Shown: in pieces, positions 56,942-64,000 of the stretch
How positions within the stretch are numbered: position 1 is the stretch's first letter
Layout: the number at the start of each line of letters is the position of its first letter
Source: an uncultured Planctomycetota bacterium
Lineage (GTDB): Bacteria; Planctomycetota; Phycisphaerae; Tepidisphaerales; Tepidisphaeraceae
Assembly (NCBI GenBank): GCA_963841915.1
Contig: CAWJEN010000006.1
Location: 512,001-576,000 of the forward strand
Length of the DNA stretch: 64,000 nucleotides
Direction of reading: 5' to 3'
Position numbers and translations under genes: made by a program
The notes under the pieces: model-generated
Seen by the model: the letters and a program-made list of their open reading frames with translations, nothing else
Databases searched by the model: none
What the model was told of the DNA's origin: nothing

Positions 56942-59161
56942 ATGCCCGAGACCCTCGACTACCAATTCGCCCGCAAGCGCAAGAAGAACAAGACGCAGTA
57001 CGTCTGGCGGGCGGCGCGGTACCTCAAGCCGTACAAGCGGCTGGTGGTGGCGAGCATCGTCTGCGCGATCTTCGCCGGCGGCATCTTCTTCGGCGGCCTC
57101 GGGGCGGTGCTGCCGGTGATGAAGGTGCTGCTCGAAGGTGATACGCCGCAGATGTGGGTCAACCGGATGGTGGCGGAGGAGCGGTGGGGCATCGACCTGG
57201 CGGACGATCCGGATGAGGTTAAAGTTGTCGAAGCGACGGAGTGGCCGAAGGCGGATCACGTCAGTCCTCAGGTGGGTGCAGCTGAACCCGTTGTCTTCTC
57301 GTGGCCGAATCTTCCAAACACAGGTGTTGCCGATCAACTGCGGTACCTTGCTGATGCAGAGCGAGCCGACCTGCAGCCCGATTCTGGGCGTGAACCAGTT
57401 CAAGGGGCGATAACGGTGGGTTGGCTCCGGATGGAGCCGACGCCGCGAGATGTGGCACTTCATCTCCGCCTGCTTCGCCGCGGGGCCTACCTCCTGCCAT
57501 CGCATCCGGTCGGGGCCGTCCTCGGCATCATGGGCGTCATCTTCCTTTTGAGCGCCCTCGCCAACACGATCCGTTTTGTCCAAGAATTCCTCAGCAACAA
57601 GGCCAGCCTGTCGGCCGTCAACGACATCCGCCGCGACTTGTACGGCCATGCGCTGCGGGCGCCGCTGTCCTACTTCGGCAAGACCGGCACCGGCGACATC
57701 ACCAGCCGCATCGTCGGCGACTGCGGGCAGTTGCAAGAAGGCTTCCGCACGCTGCTCGGCAGGGCGGTGCAGGAGCCGATCCTGGCGTTCTTCGCGTTCA
57801 TGTTCGCCCTGTGGATCGACTGGCGGCTGACGCTGTTCATCATCGTGATGGCCCCATTCATGGTCGTCATCCTGCGGCGGTTCGGCAAAAAGATGCGCCG
57901 GGCCGGCCGGGCGACGCTGGCGGAGAACGCGGAGCTGCTCGGACAGATCGAGGGCACGCTGTCTGGCGTGCGCGTCGTCAAGGCCAACAACGCCGAGGCC
58001 GCAGAGGTCGGGCGGCTGCACGGCGTGCTCGATCGACTGCTGGGCCACCAGTTGCGGCTGGCGAAATACGACGCGATGAGCACGCCGGTCCTCGAAACGC
58101 TGGCGGTGCTGGCGCTGGGCCTCATCCTGGCGGTTGCGACATACTTCGTCCGTGTCGATGAATCGCTGTCAGCGACGGAGGGCATTCTGGTCCTCGTCGC
58201 CCTCGTCCAGATCGCCGAGTCATTGCGGAAGATCAGCAAGCTCAACATCGTCCTCCAGCGCACCAACGCGGCCGGGCAGCGCGTGTTTGAGGCAATAGAT
58301 GCCGAGACAGAAACGCGAAGCGGCGAAGAGGCGAAGTCAGAGCCAAGGGAGAGAGAAAGCTCCAAATTCGAGCCATCTCCCTCTTCTGCTCTTCGCTCTG
58401 ACTTCGCTCCTTCGCCCCTTCGCGTTTCAGATTCCGTCGCCTTTGAGGATGTGACCTTCTCCTACGCAGACGACCTGCCGCCAGCGCTTCAGGACGTGTC
58501 GCTGACGGTTGCCGCCGGCGAATCGATTGCTGTTGTCGGGCGGAACGGCAGTGGTAAGACGACGTTGCTGTCGCTCCTGCCGCTCTTCTTCAAACCGAGC
58601 TCGGGCCGCGTGACGATCGACGGCAAAGACATCCGCGACTTGCCGTTGCACGGCCTGCGGTCGCTCATCGGCGTTGTCACGCAGGACGCCCACGTCTTCC
58701 CCGGCACGATCGCCCACAATATCGCCTACGGCCGCCCGGAGGCGACGCGTGCCGAAGTCGAAGCCGCCGCCAAGCAAGCCGAAGCCCACGAGTTCATCCT
58801 TGCCAAGCCCGACGGCTACGACACCGTCCTGACTGGCCTCGGCGGCGGCCTGTCGGGCGGGCAACGCCAGCGCCTCAACATCGCCCGCGCCATCCTCCGC
58901 GACCCGCCAATCCTCATCCTCGACGAGGCCACCAGCCAGGTCGACGCAGAAAGCGAACATTTGATCCAGAACGCGATCAGCCGCCTGATGAAGGGCCGCA
59001 CGACGTTCGTCATCGCCCACCGCTTCAGCACGATCCTCGATTGCGACCGCATCGCCCTCATGGAGGCCGGAAAGCTTGAAGCCGTCGGCACACACGACGA
59101 GTTGCTCGCCACCAGCGACGTCTACCGCCAGCTCTACGAACGGCAACTTGTGGCCGCCTAG
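56942..59161 (+). CDS. ABC transporter permease/ATP-binding protein (MsbA-like exporter)
   Basis: TMD plus NBD: GRNGSGKTT, LSGGQRQR, ILDEATS, IAHR. Confidence 0.93.
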   Translation: MPETLDYQFARKRKKNKTQYVWRAARYLKPYKRLVVASIVCAIFAGGIFFGGLGAVLPVMKVLLEGDTPQMWVNRMVAEERWGIDLADDPDEVKVVEATEWPKADHVSPQVGAAEPVVFSWPNLPNTGVADQLRYLADAERADLQPDSGREPVQGAITVGWLRMEPTPRDVALHLRLLRRGAYLLPSHPVGAVLGIMGVIFLLSALANTIRFVQEFLSNKASLSAVNDIRRDLYGHALRAPLSYFGKTGTGDITSRIVGDCGQLQEGFRTLLGRAVQEPILAFFAFMFALWIDWRLTLFIIVMAPFMVVILRRFGKKMRRAGRATLAENAELLGQIEGTLSGVRVVKANNAEAAEVGRLHGVLDRLLGHQLRLAKYDAMSTPVLETLAVLALGLILAVATYFVRVDESLSATEGILVLVALVQIAESLRKISKLNIVLQRTNAAGQRVFEAIDAETETRSGEEAKSEPRERESSKFEPSPSSALRSDFAPSPLRVSDSVAFEDVTFSYADDLPPALQDVSLTVAAGESIAVVGRNGSGKTTLLSLLPLFFKPSSGRVTIDGKDIRDLPLHGLRSLIGVVTQDAHVFPGTIAHNIAYGRPEATRAEVEAAAKQAEAHEFILAKPDGYDTVLTGLGGGLSGGQRQRLNIARAILRDPPILILDEATSQVDAESEHLIQNAISRLMKGRTTFVIAHRFSTILDCDRIALMEAGKLEAVGTHDELLATSDVYRQLYERQLVAA
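58310..58428. repeat. Long imperfect palindromic element in frame inside the ABC transporter gene
   Basis: 38-bp arms at 58310-58347 and 58391-58428 with 4 mismatches; related to 39632..39762. Confidence 0.85.
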
Positions 59162-62160
59162 TCCTCGTAGAGCGAGTTCGAGTCGAACCTGAACAGAGGC
59201 ACGTCCGTCGGGGCGAACGTGAAGCGGATGCCGCGTTCCTCATCGATGCGGTCGAGGTAGACGCCGACGTTCAGGACGGCCTTCTCGAAGCGACGCGTGA
59301 CGTTGACAAAACTGCTGCGAAGGCGACCCGTGTCGAGGTCGAACCGCGAGCTGCCACGAAAGGCGTAGCGGTCGCTGACGTTGTAGTCGGCCCGTCCGCC
59401 GATGAGCGTTGCGTCGAACGGGGCGATGTAGCTTGCGTCGAATCGCATCGACAACCGTCCGCCGCGGTTCAGGTTGACCGCTGTTTCAGTGTAAAGAAGC
59501 TGTTCCGGATTCAGGCCGTAGGTGGCTGAACCTTCGAGTGCGACCGCGTCACTGACGGCCCAGCCGACGCTGGCTTCGGCGACGTCGGTCGGAATCGATG
59601 CCTCGGGCCGCGTCGCGTAGTAGACGCCGCGGAAAGGCCGATCGAGATCGTCGAACCCGCCGTCGAAGCGGTCTTCCGTCGCGGCTTCGAGGTCGCTGCC
59701 GGCACTGAAGAGGCTGGTCGAGACGTCGACGACGAAGAGGTCGACGCTTCGCTTGCCACCAGGTGGGCCGCGGTAGGTTTGCCAGCGTTGCCTCAGTCCG
59801 ACGCGTCCACCGACCATCGTGCCGTAGACGTCGACATCTTCATCGAAGATGTACGTTTCGGCGACCTCGCGTCCCGCGGACACGCCGGCGAAGGCGTCGG
59901 CGTACGGCTCGATGAGATGGCGCAATCGGTCAACGCCGAGAATGCGACTGAACGGCCGATCATCAATGCGGGCGAACACCGACGACAAGCTCACGCCCAC
60001 GCCGCCGAGGACGCGGGCGGCGGCATCACCGAGCGGCGTTTCACCCCAACCCGTCGCCCGTGCCACGACAAACGGCCGTGCCCGAACCGGCCCGAGCATG
60101 CCGGCAAATGCCAGTTCCTGACGCAAGTCAAGCCGCGGCACGACCTGCTCGCTTTGGCCCGTGTACCCGTAGCTCTGCACGCCGCGATAGCCGCGTTCGC
60201 CGGAGCGGAAATTGAAGTCGTCGTTAATGTCGTCGCTGAGCCGGTCGAACGCCATCGCGCCGAGGCGGGCTTCGCTGTTGAACGTGAAGGCCCCGATCCG
60301 CTGGCCATAGGTGCCGCCGGTGAGTTCGGGCAGTCGCTCGACGGCGGCGTTTTCCTGGATCTGGTCGGCGACGGTGGCAAAGTCCTCGGTCGACACGTTG
60401 AGCCGCAGCGTGCCATACGTGTTGCTGCCGCGTCGCGCGACGGCAAGGCTCAGGTCATGCGCCGGCCCGCGATAGAAGGCGTTTCGGTCGAAGATTTCGA
60501 GGTATGTCGGATCACTCAGGACGCCGTACCGGGCGAAGAGGGCGTAGTCCTCACCGCCGTAGGTCGCGCCGCCGGGGAAGAACTGCTCGTGCTCGTAGAA
60601 GAACCGCCCGCGGAGCAGGTCACGATCTTCGTCGACGCGTCGGCCCGGCAGGTTGTCGCGACCTTCATCGTCGAGGATTTCGAGCTTGGCGTCGCCGGAA
60701 AAGAGCGTCGGCCGCCCGCCGCCGACGTTGAGGAACAGGTCCGAGCCGTAGTTGAAGTCGGCCCCACCGTAGAGCCCGCGGTCGCCGTAGTAGGCGACGG
60801 TGTAGGTGGCGTCGAAGGCGTCGATCGGCTCAAGGCCGAGCGTCTCGCGCAAGCCCCACGTCGTGCTGATGAAGGTGCCGCGGGTCGAGTCGTCGCCGAA
60901 GTTGATGTCGCGCAACGGCAGGCGGTTCTCCGCCGTGCCGCCTCGCACGATCGGAAGGTAGAAGACCGGCACGCCGAACACCCGCGGCGTGACGTTGTCG
61001 GCCCCAAAGGTCTGCTGAATCAGCGCGTCGCCCCGGTCACGCACGTACACGCGACCTGCGTTGATCGACAGCATCGGCGTGCGGAACGAACTCGTCGACA
61101 GCTGCGCGTTGCGGGCCTCATACAGATCATCCGACACGCGGCGAATGGTCTTGGCCCGCACGGTCAGCGGCACTGTGAGCAGGCCCGAGCTGCGGGCGTG
61201 CAAGACGGCCTCACCCAACGTGGCCCGGCCGGTGCCAAAGTCGTAGTACGCCTGCTTGGCCCGCAGCCGACGGTCGAGGACCGGCAGAATCCGGTCGGCG
61301 TCCTTAGGCGTTTGCGTGACGCGGACGTCGCCCTCCAGATAGATGCCGTCGAGGTTCCGGACGAAGTCGGCAGGATCGGCCAGGTCTGCGGCGTCGTCGA
61401 GTCGCTCGAGCGCCGTGAAAAGTACCGCCCGGTCGGCTGACAGCTCGATCATGCCGCCGTCGGGCGTCTCGCGGATGACAAATACGCCGCCGGTTGCTTC
61501 GACGGCGAGCTTGCCGCGGTCGTCGATGGTCGTCTTGAGTTCGCTCGCCTGCAGCGCTGCTAGAGCGGTTGGTGGCAGCGTGGGTGCGACGGCCGAACCC
61601 TGTGGCGTGGCGTCGCGTGCTTGCGTCGTGGCCGGTGGTTTGTTGTCACCGTCGAGAGCGAGCGGCTCGATCTCGGCCCATTCTAAAGCGGCCGCGCCAC
61701 GGTCTAGCAGTGGCTGATCGGCCACGCCGCGTGGTCGCCGACGGTCGGCGTCAAGATCGAGCGGGCCGTCGGCGACAACGTTGACGACGAGCGAGTCGCC
61801 CTCACTCGAGGCGCCGGCCGCGTCCCAGCGTGCGTTGCCGAGCATCACGATGTCGAGTCGGCGACGGTTCGAGCCCGGTACTTTCCTTGACCGGACGATC
61901 ATCGCGTCGGCCCGAAGTGTCGCCTCGCCGGCGGTGATGAGGACCTGCGGCGTGTCTGCGTCGCCTTGCAGGAGCAGGATGGACGCGTCGCCGTCACGAT
62001 CGAGTGCCGCCGATGCGGCGGTGGCGGCGACGTCAAAGGCCGGCCGCAGTGTGTCGTCAGCCCGCGTGATGGAGCAGAGTGCCAGACAGGCGGCCAGCGC
62101 GAGGCTTACCAGCCGACGGCGGGGCGGGCGATGACTGATAAGAGGGGCGACCGTCGGCAA
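59158..62160 (-). CDS. LptD/OstA-like outer-membrane LPS-assembly protein
   Basis: Signal peptide, OstA-like jellyroll (IYLEGDV, FGVPVFYLP), ERLPE, RHLIEPY, beta-barrel-like alternating residues. Confidence 0.7.
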   Translation of the reverse strand: MPTVAPLISHRPPRRRLVSLALAACLALCSITRADDTLRPAFDVAATAASAALDRDGDASILLLQGDADTPQVLITAGEATLRADAMIVRSRKVPGSNRRRLDIVMLGNARWDAAGASSEGDSLVVNVVADGPLDLDADRRRPRGVADQPLLDRGAAALEWAEIEPLALDGDNKPPATTQARDATPQGSAVAPTLPPTALAALQASELKTTIDDRGKLAVEATGGVFVIRETPDGGMIELSADRAVLFTALERLDDAADLADPADFVRNLDGIYLEGDVRVTQTPKDADRILPVLDRRLRAKQAYYDFGTGRATLGEAVLHARSSGLLTVPLTVRAKTIRRVSDDLYEARNAQLSTSSFRTPMLSINAGRVYVRDRGDALIQQTFGADNVTPRVFGVPVFYLPIVRGGTAENRLPLRDINFGDDSTRGTFISTTWGLRETLGLEPIDAFDATYTVAYYGDRGLYGGADFNYGSDLFLNVGGGRPTLFSGDAKLEILDDEGRDNLPGRRVDEDRDLLRGRFFYEHEQFFPGGATYGGEDYALFARYGVLSDPTYLEIFDRNAFYRGPAHDLSLAVARRGSNTYGTLRLNVSTEDFATVADQIQENAAVERLPELTGGTYGQRIGAFTFNSEARLGAMAFDRLSDDINDDFNFRSGERGYRGVQSYGYTGQSEQVVPRLDLRQELAFAGMLGPVRARPFVVARATGWGETPLGDAAARVLGGVGVSLSSVFARIDDRPFSRILGVDRLRHLIEPYADAFAGVSAGREVAETYIFDEDVDVYGTMVGGRVGLRQRWQTYRGPPGGKRSVDLFVVDVSTSLFSAGSDLEAATEDRFDGGFDDLDRPFRGVYYATRPEASIPTDVAEASVGWAVSDAVALEGSATYGLNPEQLLYTETAVNLNRGGRLSMRFDASYIAPFDATLIGGRADYNVSDRYAFRGSSRFDLDTGRLRSSFVNVTRRFEKAVLNVGVYLDRIDEERGIRFTFAPTDVPLFRFDSNSLYED

Positions 62161-62302
62161 CGTGGGGCGATTGTCGAAGGTTTGGCGGTGGCTGCAACAA
62201 CGCGTGGCACTGCGCGTAGGTATCCGCGAAGGAGGCGGTACAGTATCCCCGACCGCCGCGTGGCCGCGCCCGCCGTTTCAGTCCTTACTTACCACACAGC
62301 TC

Positions 62303-64000
62303 ATGTCGATGTTCGAACGCTCGTCCTTGTCTCACGCCGCCTTTGCGGCAGTTCTGTCTGCTGGCCTGATCGCCCCGATTGCACTGGCCGATGCACCGTC
62401 GACGCAGCCGTCGGAGGAGAAGGAGAACGAAGGCGACTCTGGCCGGCTGTCGGGCATCCTGAGCAAGATGAAGGAGGCCGTTGAGGCCGAGCCGACGACA
62501 AAGCCGTCTGGGGACGAGGCCGCCGAGGCGACGGCGAACCTCACGCCTGGCGAGCTCATCAAGCAGATGCGTGAAAAGGCCGACGCCGAGAAGGCGATGC
62601 CGCTCGTCGCGCAGATCGACCTGAGCGTCCCGCTGAGTGAGCGGCCTGTCGGGTTCAGCCTGTTCGGTGGCGGTGGCATGGACCTGCGAAGCGTCCTGGG
62701 TCGACTCGACGCCGCCGAAAAGGATCCGGAAGTCAAAGCCGTTCTGCTGACGTTCTTCAACGGCGGCATGATGAACCTTTCCCAAGCCCAGGAGATCCGC
62801 GACAAGCTCGACGCGCTCCGCCGCGCCGGCAAGCGGACCTTTGCCTACGCCGACACGTACGACACGACGAGCTACCTTGTTGCCAGTGCCTGCACCGACG
62901 TCGTCCTCATGGACGGCGGTGAAATGTTCATGCCCGGCATCGCCATCGAGCCCATGTTCTACCGCGGCGCGCTCGACAAGCTCGGGGTCAAGCCCGACTA
63001 CGTCCAGGTTGGCGAGTACAAGGGGGCCGAAGAGCCTTACACGCGGAGCACGCCGTCGCCTGAGCTGACGAAGGAGATGGAGAAGCTCGTCGAGTCGATG
63101 TACAGCCAAGTCATCGATGAGATCAGCGGGGGACGCTCGATGGCCAAGAGCAAGGTCGAGGAAGCTATTGACCGTGCCATGACACCTGCCGGTCAGGCAT
63201 TGCAGCAGGGCTTCGTCGACCACCTCGCCGACGCCGACGGCCTGCGGGAGCTTTTCGAAGAAGAGCTTGGTGCTGAGCCCCGCATCAACGCCGCCTACGC
63301 GACGGGTGACGCGCCGTCATTTGATCCTGATAACCCCTTTGCGATCTTCCAGCTGCTCAAGCCGCAGAACATCGATGCTGACAAACCGAGCGTCGCGATC
63401 GTCTATGCACAAGGTGCGATCGTTGACGGCACTGGTGGTGCGGGTGGGCTGCTGGGCGGCGGTGACAGCGTCAACACGGAGTACATCCGCCGCGCGATGC
63501 GTCTGGCGGCACGGGACGATGAGGTCAAGGCCGTCGTGCTCCGTATCGACTCACCGGGCGGCAGCGCGCTGGCCAGCGAGGCGATGTACCAGGCAATCAA
63601 GCGTGTGGCCGAGGACAAGCCCGTGATCGTCAGCATCGGTGGGATCGCCGCCAGCGGTGGCTACTACATCGCCGTGGCCGGTGACGAGATTTATGCCGAT
63701 CCGGCGGCCATTATTGGCTCGATCGGCGTCGTCGGTGGCAAGCTCGTGCTCGACGGCCTCTACGAGAAGGTCGGCCTGAGCACAACCATGTTCAAGCGTG
63801 GTGAGAACGCCGGACTGTTTAGCCAAACCGAGCCGTGGGACGATCGTCAGCGTCGCCTTGTTCGAAACTGGATGAAGAGCACCTACGACCAATTTACAGA
63901 TCGCGTCGCCACCGGTCGCGGCGACGCTGTTGCGGACGTGGACGACATCGCCCGTGGCCGCATCTTCCTGGCCGAAGAGGGCAAGAAGCTGGGCATGGTC
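62303..64000 (+). CDS. sppA: Signal peptide peptidase SppA, long two-domain type (3' truncated by window edge)
   Basis: Own translation from ATG 62303: signal peptide, GEYKGAEE, VVLRIDSPGGSALASE, IAASGGYY, GSIGVVGG. Confidence 0.9.
   Translation, partial: MSMFERSSLSHAAFAAVLSAGLIAPIALADAPSTQPSEEKENEGDSGRLSGILSKMKEAVEAEPTTKPSGDEAAEATANLTPGELIKQMREKADAEKAMPLVAQIDLSVPLSERPVGFSLFGGGGMDLRSVLGRLDAAEKDPEVKAVLLTFFNGGMMNLSQAQEIRDKLDALRRAGKRTFAYADTYDTTSYLVASACTDVVLMDGGEMFMPGIAIEPMFYRGALDKLGVKPDYVQVGEYKGAEEPYTRSTPSPELTKEMEKLVESMYSQVIDEISGGRSMAKSKVEEAIDRAMTPAGQALQQGFVDHLADADGLRELFEEELGAEPRINAAYATGDAPSFDPDNPFAIFQLLKPQNIDADKPSVAIVYAQGAIVDGTGGAGGLLGGGDSVNTEYIRRAMRLAARDDEVKAVVLRIDSPGGSALASEAMYQAIKRVAEDKPVIVSIGGIAASGGYYIAVAGDEIYADPAAIIGSIGVVGGKLVLDGLYEKVGLSTTMFKRGENAGLFSQTEPWDDRQRRLVRNWMKSTYDQFTDRVATGRGDAVADVDDIARGRIFLAEEGKKLGMV

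Overview
GC-rich bacterial chromosomal window, most likely from a Planctomycetota member of class Phycisphaerae. That assignment is an inference from the planctomycete-type HTH-receiver regulator, the HEAT-repeat and hypothetical exported proteins, and recurring ATQP/ATRP motifs. About 55 CDS are present, mostly core or envelope genes: rpmA, gmhB, rdgB, holA, proC, tatA, rluD-like, recA, rnd, phosphomannomutase, two SppA proteases, an MsbA-like ABC transporter and an LptD-like protein. There is one tRNA-Asn(GTT), a surface-glycosylation cluster (10.6-18.9 kb) ending in a decayed GT4 paralog, a heme oxygenase-bacteriophytochrome-DsbA module, and a PilZ-REC-Hpt protein near a large hybrid kinase. 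No transposase, integrase, prophage, rRNA or CRISPR array was seen. The most notable unexplained signals are: (1) a candidate ~190-nt sRNA with three unpaired C-rich segments, an intrinsic terminator and a sigma28-like promoter that shares its spacing with two signalling-gene promoters; (2) a family of ~120-130 bp palindromic elements, one intergenic and one in frame as the linker of the ABC transporter; (3) a secreted Spy/CpxP-like plus deiodinase-fold protein with Ala at the Sec/Cys site; (4) a PilZ-REC-Hpt protein lacking the phospho-His; (5) three parS palindromes plus a possible oriC-like intergenic region at the left edge; (6) inverted 17-bp and 23-bp tandem arrays. All functional calls come from motif recognition by eye; no database searches were run.
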